Shown: positions 1 through 10,297 of the stretch, piece after piece
Layout of the letters: every line of letters begins with the position of its first letter
How positions within the stretch are numbered: the stretch's first letter is position 1
Origin: a virus
Lineage: Duplodnaviria; Heunggongvirae; Uroviricota; Caudoviricetes
Length of the DNA: 64,000 nucleotides
Reading direction: 5' to 3' (one strand)
IMG/VR virus record: IMGVR_UViG_3300032007_000003
Location: 312,029-376,028 of that record
Translations under genes and position numbers: made by a program
Notes under the pieces: model-generated
Told to the model about the DNA's origin: nothing
What the model saw: the letters and a program-made list of their open reading frames with translations, nothing else
The model's database searches: none

Positions 1-188
1 AATCTTTAAGAACTCTTTTTTACATAGGTTTTCTTGGAATATCTAGTGATGGCGGTGAAATTGGAATTAAAAAACTCATAAAACTTACTACAAATTTCAC
101 AGAGAAAGATATAGACGAAATAGAAGAAGCACTAAATGAATATGGTTGGAAATATAACAAAAAACTAAATAGAATTGAAGGTATATGA
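1..188 (+). CDS. Partial hypothetical protein, paralog family B (ends ...LNEYGWKYNKKLNRIEGI)
   Basis: Open frame from window edge to TGA 186-188, translated by hand. Confidence 0.7.
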   Translation, partial: SLRTLFYIGFLGISSDGGEIGIKKLIKLTTNFTEKDIDEIEEALNEYGWKYNKKLNRIEGI

Positions 189-541
189 GACTACTTAAAG
201 GCAAATTATATAAGTGTGTACATGACTACCCTATTTTATATTATAAAAGAAACTATATAATATTTTCGCCTCTTGAAGATACTATAGTAAACAATACTAT
301 CTTTAATCTAGAGAAATTTCCATCAATAACTTCTCGTCATGGATACACTGTTCTTTGTTCTTTTCTTATAGGGTTTGATGGAAAAATATCATCTAGAAAA
401 CCTTTAGAAACTGGAATCTATGAAGATTGCCATTTTGTAGAAATAGGACTAAGAGAAAGAAATGAAATTAATGAGAAAATAAAAACAAAAAAAGATAAAT
501 TTAAGTATAATCCAATAAAAAACATATTAGAAGTATTATGA
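185..541 (+). CDS. Hypothetical protein
   Basis: Packed + strand ORF with ATGA overlap; no family recognised. Confidence 0.7.
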   Translation: MRLLKGKLYKCVHDYPILYYKRNYIIFSPLEDTIVNNTIFNLEKFPSITSRHGYTVLCSFLIGFDGKISSRKPLETGIYEDCHFVEIGLRERNEINEKIKTKKDKFKYNPIKNILEVL

Positions 542-1044
542 GAGTAACAGATAAATACATTTTCTTTTGGGGAGAATTCCCATCAAATTGGTATAAGTGT
601 CATTTCACCGTAAAGCATGAAGGTAAGGAATTGGAGTTCTTCAATTCTGAACAGTATTTCATGTGGATGAAAGCAATTACATTTTGTGATGATGAAACAG
701 CAGAAAAGATACTTAAGAAGGGGCATAACCCAAAGGCAGCAAAGGCTCTTGGGAGAGAGGTTAAGAACTATGACGATAAAAAATGGGATGAAATTCGTTA
801 TGAGGTTATGGTTGATGCCAATCGTTATAAGTATTCTCAGAGTGAGGAACTGAAAGAGTTATTACTGAATTCAGAGTTTGATGGTAAACACTTTGTTGAA
901 GCCTCACCATATGACCGTATATGGGGTGTTGGCATGGGAGAGTGTGACCCATTAATTGACGATGAAAAGAATTGGAAAGGGCAGAACCTATTGGGTAAAG
1001 CATTAGATGAAGTTAGAGAAGAACTTTTAAATGAAAAGAGTTGA
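538..1044 (+). CDS. NADAR (YbiA/DUF1768) family protein
   Basis: Motifs FFWG..PSNWY, SEQYFM..KA..F.D, KALGREVKNYD, VEASPYDRIWGVG, GQNLLGKAL. Confidence 0.92.
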   Translation: MRVTDKYIFFWGEFPSNWYKCHFTVKHEGKELEFFNSEQYFMWMKAITFCDDETAEKILKKGHNPKAAKALGREVKNYDDKKWDEIRYEVMVDANRYKYSQSEELKELLLNSEFDGKHFVEASPYDRIWGVGMGECDPLIDDEKNWKGQNLLGKALDEVREELLNEKS

Positions 1045-1357
1045 AATTGACATAAACACAAAAGGCATAATTGTTTTTGCAAAAGGCAAAAACTCTTATT
1101 CTGATTGGATATTATTGGTAACAAAGGTAGAAGATATAGATTCATGCGTTTTAAAAATCTATGGGCATATCTTCTACAACATTTCTGAGAAAGAATGGTA
1201 TTTTTCTGAAGGTGACGAAAACTATGCTTGGGGAAACATAAACCATTGGGATTTCTTTGAGCCAACTAAGGAGCAAAAACAAAAAATTGTAGATGCCCTC
1301 AAAGAAAAGGGATATAAATATGTTCCAGTACTCAATAAAATAATATACAAAAGATAA
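1031..1357 (+). CDS. Hypothetical protein, paralog family B
   Basis: C-term PTKEQKQKIVDALKEKGYKYVPVLNKI; close paralog of 1866-2204. Confidence 0.8.
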   Translation: MKRVEIDINTKGIIVFAKGKNSYSDWILLVTKVEDIDSCVLKIYGHIFYNISEKEWYFSEGDENYAWGNINHWDFFEPTKEQKQKIVDALKEKGYKYVPVLNKIIYKR

Positions 1358-1869
1358 TGTACAAGAAAGGACTTTATGAGATAATAGGTTCATATAAGTA
1401 TCAATTGGCAATATGTCGTTATTCATATGAGTGTTTCCAATCCATGAAGTACTACGTTGTTATACGTTATTGTGATATTTTTCATAATGATAGACTATGT
1501 GGATTTGGTGATGGATATTTCATCAAATATGAATACCATTACGATTTCTTGTCAATTGATGAGTTTACCCAATATTTCACCATAGTGGATAACTGTGAGG
1601 AAAATAAAAGGATAAGCAGTCTTCTTAAATGGCTAAGAGAGAAAAGGAGAATAAAGATAACTATAATTCCAGACATTCTAGATGATGGATATTGGTTCAA
1701 TTATTATTTCTTTACTACCTATCCATTCTACACCAAGAATATTGAGGAAAGGGGATTTGAGAACTTTGAATCGGCAGCTAAGAAAGCTATCGAAATGGCA
1801 AAGAAAGCTTGCGTTCAAGTTCATGGTAAAAGTGGTGGAGAATGGCTCAAATACGTTATTGCTAGATGA
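1357..1869 (+). CDS. Hypothetical protein
   Basis: Packed ORF; no family recognised. Confidence 0.7.
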   Translation: MYKKGLYEIIGSYKYQLAICRYSYECFQSMKYYVVIRYCDIFHNDRLCGFGDGYFIKYEYHYDFLSIDEFTQYFTIVDNCEENKRISSLLKWLREKRRIKITIIPDILDDGYWFNYYFFTTYPFYTKNIEERGFENFESAAKKAIEMAKKACVQVHGKSGGEWLKYVIAR

Positions 1870-2204
1870 AAGAGATTATTATATATGAGAATATGAAGCC
1901 ATGTATTGTATATGCCAAAGCAATAGGAGGTGGCTATTCTGATTGGTTAGTTTTTATATCTAAGGTTGAAAAAGAAGATTACCGCCCTTATCTTCATATA
2001 AAAAATTTCATTTGTATGACGGTAGGTAAGGATAAAGATGAAGTCTATTTTCATGAGGATGGGGAAGTAGGATGGGGATATGCAAATTTAAATTGGAATT
2101 TCTATATTCCATCTAAAAAACAAAAACAAACACTAATTAAGGAAATGGCTAAGATGGGATATAAATATATATCTGTTTTAAATAAGTTGGTTAAAAAAAC
2201 TTAA
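1866..2204 (+). CDS. Hypothetical protein, paralog family B
   Basis: YSDW..I.KVE and PSKKQKQTLIKEMAKMGYKYISVLNKL shared with 1031-1357. Confidence 0.8.
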   Translation: MKEIIIYENMKPCIVYAKAIGGGYSDWLVFISKVEKEDYRPYLHIKNFICMTVGKDKDEVYFHEDGEVGWGYANLNWNFYIPSKKQKQTLIKEMAKMGYKYISVLNKLVKKT

Positions 2205-2263
2205 TTAATTTTGTAGTCTCAGTTTTTTTTCGTATCTTTGCATCGTAAGTAAAGAGTAATATT

Positions 2264-2791
2264 ATGCGTACATTAGAAGAAAAAAAGATATTAGTCAATA
2301 CTATTTGTGAGTATATGCCGTATGGACCATGCATTGCAAATGAGGATATTGACAGTGGGTTTCCAATAAGGATTCATGTTGGAGACCTAAGATTGTCTAA
2401 TTATGTTGATGGTTATACTCTAGATAGCAAGATATATGGTGAATGTAAAGCAGATAAAACTGTTATATATCTCCGTCCAATGGATTCCATAACTAAGGAA
2501 GAGGAAGATGTATTAGCAAGTTTTAACTGTTATTACAGTAAAGGAGGGTTATTTTTTAGTTGTGGGCATTCACAAAACGACATTTGTGAAGTTATAGATT
2601 TTCTCAAGTCTAATCTCCTAGATTATCGTGAACTCATTGAGAAAGGTATTGCGAAGCCAATTGGAACTGAGAAGAGGTGGGTGTCTAATGATACACTGAA
2701 AGAAGTGACAACTATTATGCAAAATACACTTGAGGAAGTGAAAAAACTTAGGAAAGATGGACAAAAAAAGAATAGAAGGGTTAAGAGGTGA
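2264..2791 (+). CDS. Hypothetical phage protein
   Basis: ORF downstream of promoter box at 2233; YLRPMDSIT motif. Confidence 0.75.
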   Translation: MRTLEEKKILVNTICEYMPYGPCIANEDIDSGFPIRIHVGDLRLSNYVDGYTLDSKIYGECKADKTVIYLRPMDSITKEEEDVLASFNCYYSKGGLFFSCGHSQNDICEVIDFLKSNLLDYRELIEKGIAKPIGTEKRWVSNDTLKEVTTIMQNTLEEVKKLRKDGQKKNRRVKR

Positions 2792-2972
2792 TATAAACAC
2801 CTTGCTTGGTGATGCTGTAGGGTTGCTTAAGGATATGGAGTCAAAGGCATATGATGAGCGTGAGATTGACCTTATGAAACCAATTTCCAAGGTGAGAAAC
2901 ATCATTCAAGACTATAAGGTGAAAATGGTTAAGGAACTTGATAAGTTATCTAAAATGAAATCTAATTGGTAA
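2757..2972 (+). CDS. Hypothetical helical protein
   Basis: Packed ORF. Confidence 0.7.
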   Translation: MDKKRIEGLRGDINTLLGDAVGLLKDMESKAYDEREIDLMKPISKVRNIIQDYKVKMVKELDKLSKMKSNW

Positions 2973-2973
2973 T

Positions 2974-3420
2974 ATGAGATATAGAATTGTTCAAACTGGT
3001 GAAGGGTTTGTCATTCAGCGTAAGAGGTTTGGGTTGTTTTGGATAAATCATAAACTGCATCATTTTACCGTATGCCGCTACGATTCGAATTGTGTATATG
3101 ACCATAAGATAAACGTTGTATATGATTCTCTAGAAGATGCTATGAGTGAATTAAACGTGATTAAGAAATATCCACTCAAGTTTATGGGTCATATGATATA
3201 TTACGGTATCCAAATTGGCAATGAACCATTATATGTTGATGACCACTCATGCTGTGGCTTAGATAGGTTTGATAGACCTTGCTACAAAATATATTCCAAT
3301 AAAGTTGATGAAGTAAAGGAAAAAATCAAACTAGAGATAGAGGAAGATAATAGGCGTAAAGAAGCTATATTAATGGAGAAGAAGAATAAGGAAATAATTA
3401 ATGTGTGGTATGAAGATTAA
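2974..3420 (+). CDS. Hypothetical protein
   Basis: Packed ORF. Confidence 0.7.
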   Translation: MRYRIVQTGEGFVIQRKRFGLFWINHKLHHFTVCRYDSNCVYDHKINVVYDSLEDAMSELNVIKKYPLKFMGHMIYYGIQIGNEPLYVDDHSCCGLDRFDRPCYKIYSNKVDEVKEKIKLEIEEDNRRKEAILMEKKNKEIINVWYED

Positions 3421-3562
3421 AAAAAGACATGTCTTTGCAGCTATCATTGGTTGTTTATTCTTATGCAAGGAATTCAGACATGGTGTAGCACAAGACTTAC
3501 GTACGCTCTTCGGAGAAGAAAAATAAAATAAATTGAGTTATAACCCTTAAAAATTAAATGGG

Positions 3563-3997
3563 ATGAAAAAGATTATTTTTTTACTGTTTGCTGTTATCAG
3601 TTTTGCATCGTGTGAGTGCCCATATGCTAGTTGGGATGATTATGGATACAGTGAGAGTTCAAAAGGACTTAGTTATACCAATGATTATTTCTGTGCTGAT
3701 AAACTATTAGGCACATGGCAGATGGATTATGGGTGTACCGTTGGTAATATTGAACTAAAAGAAATCAAGTTCTTTGATGGATGGCAGTGTGATATTACAA
3801 TGGCGCAGACAAGGAATCCTGATTGGTACACTGAGACATGGACTTATACCTACTATGGTAATACGATTAAGTTTGCTAGGAACGATGGTAGAACTGTATT
3901 CTCATTTACACTGAAAGGATATACATTCCCAGAGCTTTATCTACAAGACTCATTCGGCAGATACACATGGAGAAAAGTGAGGGCTTATGGATGCTAA
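3563..3997 (+). CDS. Lipoprotein, lipocalin-like domain
   Basis: Signal peptide MKKIIFLLFAVISFASC with lipobox Cys; LLGTW beta-barrel motif. Confidence 0.65.
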   Translation: MKKIIFLLFAVISFASCECPYASWDDYGYSESSKGLSYTNDYFCADKLLGTWQMDYGCTVGNIELKEIKFFDGWQCDITMAQTRNPDWYTETWTYTYYGNTIKFARNDGRTVFSFTLKGYTFPELYLQDSFGRYTWRKVRAYGC

Positions 3998-4361
3998 ACG
4001 TTTTAGAGAAGAATACAAGTATATAACATATTTCTTGAAGGAGATTAGACTCTTCTTACATTGGAAAGAGTACTTGGAAGAAGAAACTAGAAGAGGCAAA
4101 AGCGATGTTTATAGTCCTAGCCAATATGGACGCATTGATGATGTCTTTGGAACTAGTGGTTTCACTCTATTCTTGAGAAGACGTAAAATTAAGTTGATAA
4201 GTTACTCCGTATCTTTGTGGTTCAGAGCTTTTCTAGAAGTCTATGCACCACATATAAAAAGAAGTGGAGATTCACTAGGAGATATGGCTCGTAAAATGAT
4301 AGAGTTCAAGGAAAAAGGTAATCTCAAGGAAATTGTTATAAGGAACGATAAATATGAGTGA
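3987..4361 (+). CDS. Hypothetical protein, paralog family A (N-terminal motif)
   Basis: YFLKEIRLFLHWKEY. Confidence 0.7.
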   Translation: MDAKRFREEYKYITYFLKEIRLFLHWKEYLEEETRRGKSDVYSPSQYGRIDDVFGTSGFTLFLRRRKIKLISYSVSLWFRAFLEVYAPHIKRSGDSLGDMARKMIEFKEKGNLKEIVIRNDKYE

Positions 4362-4710
4362 AGGATATAAGATAATTGTTAGGTTTTTCAAAGAGATTGG
4401 ACTCTACAATGAGTTTAAAGACTACTGTGATGCACATAAGTATTCTAGCGAGAATTTTAACGTTAATACAGATAACCCACTTAGGAACTTTGGCGGTACA
4501 TCAGTCTCTTATTGGATTGAGTGGAAAAAAGGGGTAAAGACACTTCATGGTAATCTCTTTGACCATTTCAAAGCTTGGCTATATATATTCTATCCTGATT
4601 TGTATTACTATCAAGATGCACCTTCTCCAAGAATGTTAGACCGTATAGATAAAGATAAAAAAATAATAAATATAGAATATGAGTATCGTAAGACCAATAA
4701 CGCCAAATGA
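4354..4710 (+). CDS. Hypothetical protein, paralog family A (N-terminal motif)
   Basis: RFFKEIGLYNEFKDY. Confidence 0.75.
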   Translation: MSEGYKIIVRFFKEIGLYNEFKDYCDAHKYSSENFNVNTDNPLRNFGGTSVSYWIEWKKGVKTLHGNLFDHFKAWLYIFYPDLYYYQDAPSPRMLDRIDKDKKIINIEYEYRKTNNAK

Positions 4711-4984
4711 GGCTCAGAGAGAGCTTCCAAATGACGTAATCGAAAAAGTTAACGATTTGATTAGGATGAATTGGAATGGTTCTTCTGCAAGGGTTACAAT
4801 CAAGTCAATTAAGTCTAGTTGTAACTACCGAGAAGGTGATTGGAGAGGAATCTGTAAACTGTTCAGAGAATATGGTTGGGATGTAGAAAGCGATTTTCCA
4901 GGTTACTGTGAATCGTATGATGCATTCCTATTATTCAGAAAGTCTAAGAACTATCATAGTAAAGGTTTAATGATACAGTATTGA
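4679..4984 (+). CDS. Hypothetical protein, paralog of 4986-5306
   Basis: RPITPNE...LPNDVIEKVNDLI vs KPISPKE...LPEHVIKYVNAKI. Confidence 0.75.
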   Translation: MSIVRPITPNEAQRELPNDVIEKVNDLIRMNWNGSSARVTIKSIKSSCNYREGDWRGICKLFREYGWDVESDFPGYCESYDAFLLFRKSKNYHSKGLMIQY

Positions 4985-4985
4985 T

Positions 4986-5306
4986 ATGTGTGGGAATAAA
5001 GCAACAAAGCCGATATCACCAAAAGAAGTTAGAGAACGGATTAAGGAGAGATATAAACTTCCAGAGCATGTTATCAAATATGTTAATGCTAAAATCATTT
5101 CATCATTTAATAGTCAAGATGGAACTGCGTTCTTGAAATGGTATGACTTCTCATGTCATTTTGCTAACGAATCTTATCCTAAGACTCTTATTTTAAATTG
5201 GTTTAATAACATTCCAAACACTTTTGGAAAGGATTGGATTATAACAGAAAAAGATAAGGATTTTGAATATTCACATTTGTATAATTTTAAAGAAAGAAAA
5301 AAGTGA
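4986..5306 (+). CDS. Hypothetical protein, paralog of 4679-4984
   Basis: Shared N-terminal motif with the upstream gene. Confidence 0.75.
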   Translation: MCGNKATKPISPKEVRERIKERYKLPEHVIKYVNAKIISSFNSQDGTAFLKWYDFSCHFANESYPKTLILNWFNNIPNTFGKDWIITEKDKDFEYSHLYNFKERKK

Positions 5307-5602
5307 AAATTGAACAAGAATATTATGTTATTGAAAACAATGGTAAATTCTTCGGCACAGCATATGAAGATGGACATTGTATGGTTGAAAACTATATTGA
5401 GCCATACAACGAATCAGAGTTTTCTGTTAACGTTCCAATGTCAAAAGTGAAAAGAATCAATGAATCATCTAAAAAATATGTTGATGAATATGGTATTGAG
5501 TCTCTTACTTATGGGGGAAATAAAAAACGTTTTCTTGAACAAGTTGGAAATGGTAAGTTAAAGAAAGTTCGTGTAACTACAACAATAGAGTTTATAGATT
5601 AA
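5303..5602 (+). CDS. Hypothetical protein
   Basis: GTG start overlapping the upstream stop. Confidence 0.65.
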   Translation: MKIEQEYYVIENNGKFFGTAYEDGHCMVENYIEPYNESEFSVNVPMSKVKRINESSKKYVDEYGIESLTYGGNKKRFLEQVGNGKLKKVRVTTTIEFID

Positions 5603-5614
5603 AAAAAGAAGAAT

Positions 5615-6160
5615 ATGAACAGGGGAGTAAAAACAATCGTAGTAGTTGGTTTGATTATTATTGTAGCATTAACAATAATCACCACAGTGGGTAGTTATTT
5701 CAATTATAACAACCAAGAGGTTGCTCTTCGTGAGCAAGCTGAAGCACAGCGTGGTAAGGTAGAGGGTGTCCATGATGCAATGTGGAAGATTATCTCTCAG
5801 AAAGCGCAAGTCTCTCAAGATTATCGCACATCATTCGATTCAATCTACACACACATTATCGGTGGACGTTACTCACAAGGTGATGGCACTCTCATGAAGT
5901 GGATTAAGGAAGCTAACCCTAACTTTGATACAAGTCTCTATAAGGACGTGATGGATGCTATCGAGATACAGCGTACACTCTTCAAGAAAGAGCAAGAGCG
6001 AATGCTCGACATCAAGAGACAGCATAGTACTCTGTGTAAGACATATCCAGGAAAGTGGTTCATAACCAATCAGTCTGAGATTGAATACACGATTGTATCG
6101 TCAAGTCAGAGTAAGCAAGCAATGGAAACTGGAGTAGACGATAATGTCAAACTTTACTGA
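5615..6160 (+). CDS. N-terminally membrane-anchored protein (LemA-like architecture)
   Basis: Single N-terminal TM helix followed by a helical/coiled-coil domain. Confidence 0.55.
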   Translation: MNRGVKTIVVVGLIIIVALTIITTVGSYFNYNNQEVALREQAEAQRGKVEGVHDAMWKIISQKAQVSQDYRTSFDSIYTHIIGGRYSQGDGTLMKWIKEANPNFDTSLYKDVMDAIEIQRTLFKKEQERMLDIKRQHSTLCKTYPGKWFITNQSEIEYTIVSSSQSKQAMETGVDDNVKLY

Positions 6161-6485
6161 TAAGAAGAAAGATGCATTTCGTATAGTCTCACGTTTCATC
6201 AAGGAACTAGGGCTATACGATATTTGGCTTAAATATTTGTACGACCCCAAGACTAGCAAAACTTGGATGGATAAGGATGATGAACATTTTTATACTGATG
6301 ATATATTAGGGTGTACAACATTTACTGATTATGTTAATGACCATAAGCCAACGTTTAAAACTCATGGGTATCTCATGTATGAGCTTTTGCAATTCTATCT
6401 TGCGGCATTGAGAGACCCAAAAGGAATTTGTTATCCAGTAAAAATTGATAACGAAAAGAAAAAGATTACATTGTTCGATTATTAA
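6144..6485 (+). CDS. Hypothetical protein, paralog family A (N-terminal motif)
   Basis: RFIKELGLYDIWLKY. Confidence 0.75.
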   Translation: MSNFTDKKKDAFRIVSRFIKELGLYDIWLKYLYDPKTSKTWMDKDDEHFYTDDILGCTTFTDYVNDHKPTFKTHGYLMYELLQFYLAALRDPKGICYPVKIDNEKKKITLFDY

Positions 6486-6497
6486 TAACCATCACAT

Positions 6498-7823
6498 ATG
6501 GAGATAATTATTTATTCATTACCGTTTATCATATCAGTATTTCTTCTTATTTTCTTTAAGAAGTATATTGTATGGTGGGAATATATTTGTTTGATAGGTG
6601 TATCAATCCTATTTACATTCTTGCTTAAGTTAGCATTCATTGCTTCACTTGAGTATGATACCGAGTATCTTGGTGGATATATGACAAAGATTACCCATTA
6701 TGACGAATGGGATGAATGGATACATAGGACGTGTACAAGACGAGTACCTTGTGGGCGAGATAGTAAAGGAAATACTATATATCGAACAGAAACATATGAT
6801 TGTTCATATAGGGAATATCATCCAGAGTGTTGGAAATATACAGATAATCTTGGTAGGGAAGAATATTTCTATAATAAGTCATATTTTGACCGTGCAATGG
6901 CAGAACTTGGATACCCAAAGATGGTATTCAGAGATATGCATCGAAAATACTACAGAATCGATGGTGATGCTCAAGATTACTACTACGATAACACTCCACA
7001 GCATGTAAGAGCATTGGTATGGAAGCATACCTATCAGAATAAGATTCTTGCGTCTCACTCAATCTTCAAGTTTGAGGATATTGGCAATGAGGAAGCAGAT
7101 TCCTTGGGTTTATACAGATATCCAAACGTTGAAGACCATGACCAAGCCGTAATACTTGGGTTCAGAGCTGGAAAAGAGGTACATAAGCAGTTTAAGTATA
7201 TCAATTCAATATATGGTGCTAAGAAGCAGTTTAGAATATATGTGCTTGTGTTTAGAAATAAACCAGTAGAGATATCTGAGAAACAGAAATCTTATTGGCA
7301 AGGTGGAAATAAAAATGAATTTGTTCTTTGTCTTGGTTACAATACCAAGAAAGGTACTATAGATTGGTGTAATCCATTCTCATGGTGTGATAAGCCTGAG
7401 TTGGAGGTTGCTACCAAGAGATTCTTCAGAGACAACCCAAGGATGGATTTGAGTAAATATCCAGTGTGGTTGGAGAAACACATTAATCTCTGGCAGCGCA
7501 AGCAGTTTAGCGATTTCGACTACATCAAGAATGAAATGACAAAGGGGCAGAGCATTGCACTCTTAATTATCATACTCATACTTGACATTTTCGCATCTAT
7601 ATTCCTTATTGGTAACGAGGTAACAAATGAAGATGTATATGACAACTCGTTCATATATGACTTCAAACATTATCAATTCAAAGTAGTAAACAACACACAC
7701 TCATTCTTTAGTGAGTTATGGGAGTTGATATGTGATAGCGTAACTGTTTGGTGGAAATACAGTCTGATACCTACTCTAACCAAGATAGAGGATAGCTATA
7801 AAAACATTCATACTTGGAAATGA
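6498..7823 (+). CDS. Multi-pass membrane protein with large soluble domain
   Basis: Two N-terminal TM helices and one near the C-terminus; 441 aa. Confidence 0.75.
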   Translation: MEIIIYSLPFIISVFLLIFFKKYIVWWEYICLIGVSILFTFLLKLAFIASLEYDTEYLGGYMTKITHYDEWDEWIHRTCTRRVPCGRDSKGNTIYRTETYDCSYREYHPECWKYTDNLGREEYFYNKSYFDRAMAELGYPKMVFRDMHRKYYRIDGDAQDYYYDNTPQHVRALVWKHTYQNKILASHSIFKFEDIGNEEADSLGLYRYPNVEDHDQAVILGFRAGKEVHKQFKYINSIYGAKKQFRIYVLVFRNKPVEISEKQKSYWQGGNKNEFVLCLGYNTKKGTIDWCNPFSWCDKPELEVATKRFFRDNPRMDLSKYPVWLEKHINLWQRKQFSDFDYIKNEMTKGQSIALLIIILILDIFASIFLIGNEVTNEDVYDNSFIYDFKHYQFKVVNNTHSFFSELWELICDSVTVWWKYSLIPTLTKIEDSYKNIHTWK

Positions 7824-8425
7824 AATATTACAGATACCTTAAAGAGATAGAAGAAGTTCAAGATAATAATAGTACAAATTATTTTATCACATATACATTT
7901 GGCGGTAGAACGAATAGATTAAATAATCTTGATACATATAGAAGCAATGATATGTGGTATAATACTAATGACGGAATCTATTCTTTTGAACCACAATACA
8001 AGAAATATAATTTCCATGTTAGCTGGATTTATCAATCTGCTGATGATGGAAAGACCATCATGGATGACGCCAATAATCTCCATGATTTAGAGCCAATTAG
8101 GGACTATTTCTTTGAGGTCAACACTGACCTTGATGCTGCAACTGAGGAATTAATCAAGCTAAAGAGGGAGAAAGGTGCTAAGATTATTATAAAGCCACTT
8201 ATGATGGATATGAGAAGTTATAAGATTATCTATCGTATTGAGTGTAGTGTTATGACTAAAAACAGTAGGTGTTTCTTAAGTACTTGGGATGAAGATACTG
8301 ATGTCTACAACTCAGTTGTTCATTGCTTTAAGAAACTCCGAACAGGTACTCTTAGTGGCTATCACCATAAAATAAAAGAGGTTTTAGAAAAACAGAAAGA
8401 TGAAAGAATACGGAAGCATACCTAG
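7820..8425 (+). CDS. Hypothetical protein
   Basis: ATG at 7820 preferred to TTG at 7814. Confidence 0.7.
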   Translation: MKYYRYLKEIEEVQDNNSTNYFITYTFGGRTNRLNNLDTYRSNDMWYNTNDGIYSFEPQYKKYNFHVSWIYQSADDGKTIMDDANNLHDLEPIRDYFFEVNTDLDAATEELIKLKREKGAKIIIKPLMMDMRSYKIIYRIECSVMTKNSRCFLSTWDEDTDVYNSVVHCFKKLRTGTLSGYHHKIKEVLEKQKDERIRKHT

Positions 8426-9086
8426 GTTTTTCGATGATGGTACACTTCGTGGTGAGCAAGTCGTTGCTTTCAATAAGTTAGATGGGCAGAACTTTAGAGT
8501 TAAATATACCCCGAAGGGAGCTACAAAAAATCAATTCACCATGTTCGGTTCACGTCATCAATATGTGGATGAAAATACTGAGGGTTTTGGCAATGCAATT
8601 AAATACTTTAAAGAACATTATGAGGATGTCTTGAGGGAGATAATTGTAAACAATAGTTGTAAGAAAGGTATTTTCAATGGTGTTGAGGAAATCACGCTAT
8701 TCTTTGAATGGTATGGTGATAACTCCTTTGCTGGATTTCATCAAGAAGGTGATACACTTCGTCTTGCATTGATTGATGTATTTCTCAAGAAAAAGGGATA
8801 TATTGAACCAAATACATTTATTGACCTTTTCTGTAAAAATGAAAGAGTGTTAACTCCAGAGGTGATATATATTGGTAAACTTGATATGGACTTTGTTAAT
8901 TCAATCACAAACAATGATTGGACTAAGGAAGGATGCCAATATCCAAACATCAAAGAAGGAGTGGTTATAAAGCGTTCTACACTCATGAAAGGGCAGAGAC
9001 TACCAATGTGTAAGGTGAAGACAAAATGGTGGCTAGAACAGCTTCATAGTAGGTTTCCAAAGGAAATGTGGAATAAACTTGAGTAA
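8400..9086 (+). CDS. RNA ligase-like nucleotidyltransferase (Rnl2-type)
   Basis: Motif I KLDGQN, III LFFEWYG, IIIa LIDV, IV EGVVIK, V KVK. Confidence 0.8.
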   Translation: MKEYGSIPRFFDDGTLRGEQVVAFNKLDGQNFRVKYTPKGATKNQFTMFGSRHQYVDENTEGFGNAIKYFKEHYEDVLREIIVNNSCKKGIFNGVEEITLFFEWYGDNSFAGFHQEGDTLRLALIDVFLKKKGYIEPNTFIDLFCKNERVLTPEVIYIGKLDMDFVNSITNNDWTKEGCQYPNIKEGVVIKRSTLMKGQRLPMCKVKTKWWLEQLHSRFPKEMWNKLE

Positions 9087-9471
9087 TATGGAAATAATAG
9101 AAAAAAATGCTGGTTTTAAAGCCACTAAACTTGCTTTAATGGAAGGTAAGATGGAACTTGGTTTTTTAGTTTACTCTAAGAAACAACCATTATATGTAGA
9201 GATTCTTTATCTTCGTGTTAATCCAAATTATCGTAGAAATGGATATGGAAAAATTCTAGTAGATGAATTTTTCGAGAAAATTTCTGAATATATTGGAGAG
9301 ATTAGGTTATATGCTGCTGCAAATTATGATGTTAATTCTCTTGCTGGTTGGGATAAATCTAAATTCATCCCACAAGACAAATTAGAGAAATTCTATGAAG
9401 GATATGGCTTTAAGAGAATTAACCCTTGGAAAAATGAAGCATTTCCAGAAATGAATATGTTTAAAAGTTAA
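9079..9471 (+). CDS. GNAT family acetyltransferase
   Basis: Acetyl-CoA motif LRVNPNYRRNGYGKILV and FYEGYGF. Confidence 0.85.
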   Translation: MSNMEIIEKNAGFKATKLALMEGKMELGFLVYSKKQPLYVEILYLRVNPNYRRNGYGKILVDEFFEKISEYIGEIRLYAAANYDVNSLAGWDKSKFIPQDKLEKFYEGYGFKRINPWKNEAFPEMNMFKS

Positions 9472-9555
9472 TTTCTGTTAAAAATTTGTTTTTCTCATTT
9501 TTTATATATATCTTTGCATTGTTAGAAACAATTTTAATTAAATATTTATTAAGAC

Positions 9556-10212
9556 ATGGCAAATTTAAAGGAAAAACTGTTGGGACTTATGGACACTGGT
9601 GTATCACAAGCAATGAAGCTTGTTGATTCAATCAATGAAACCATCGATGGTATCGATTGGGATGAGCAGTTTGAGTCCCTTAATAGTGTGAAGGATTCTC
9701 TCATTGAGAAGGGTAATTCATTACTTTCTGATTTCAATGAGTTGGTAAAGCAAGTTAAGAACAATATCTCTGATTTTGAGGTAAGTGTTCCTTTTGATGA
9801 GTCTATTGGCGAGAAGTTCGAGTCAAAGATTGAGGATGGTAAGCTCATTGTTGAGGTTACATTCAAGGATGACAACACAGAGCGTTCTAATAAGACATGT
9901 GTTTCAATTCCTCAGAACTGTGACATCGAGAAGAAGAGCGAAAAGTATAATTCTCTTGCCAAGACTATGACAGTTATCATTCCAAAGGTTATTAGTGAGC
10001 CAAAGGAAGAGGCAAAGACTGAGAAGAAAAAGAGTACTCGTTACAAGGTTTCTCATGCTGCAACTCCTAAGAAGAGTGTAAAGAAAGAGGAAGTTAACCA
10101 TGCACAAGAGGCTGCTAGCAAGTTGCTCCGCAAGTTTCGTGAGAATGCTAGCAAAACGGTATTGAATCGTGCCCCTAATGGTCGTTTCGTAAAGAGAACT
10201 CCAAGTGAGTAA
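9556..10212 (+). CDS. Hsp20/alpha-crystallin-like domain protein with basic C-terminal tail
   Basis: KIEDGKLIVEV...VSIPQNCDIE...MTVIIPK; own promoter at 9509. Confidence 0.6.
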   Translation: MANLKEKLLGLMDTGVSQAMKLVDSINETIDGIDWDEQFESLNSVKDSLIEKGNSLLSDFNELVKQVKNNISDFEVSVPFDESIGEKFESKIEDGKLIVEVTFKDDNTERSNKTCVSIPQNCDIEKKSEKYNSLAKTMTVIIPKVISEPKEEAKTEKKKSTRYKVSHAATPKKSVKKEEVNHAQEAASKLLRKFRENASKTVLNRAPNGRFVKRTPSE

Positions 10213-10252
10213 TTAAACATTGTTATTTTGTTCATATTGATTGGTAAACATT

Positions 10253-10285
10253 GCCTACTACCGTTTGTGAAAATAGTGGTGGGCT
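10253..10285 (+). terminator. Hairpin after the Hsp20-like gene
   Basis: GCCTACTAC/GTGGTGGGC stem. Confidence 0.45.
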
Positions 10286-10297
10286 TACTTTATATAT

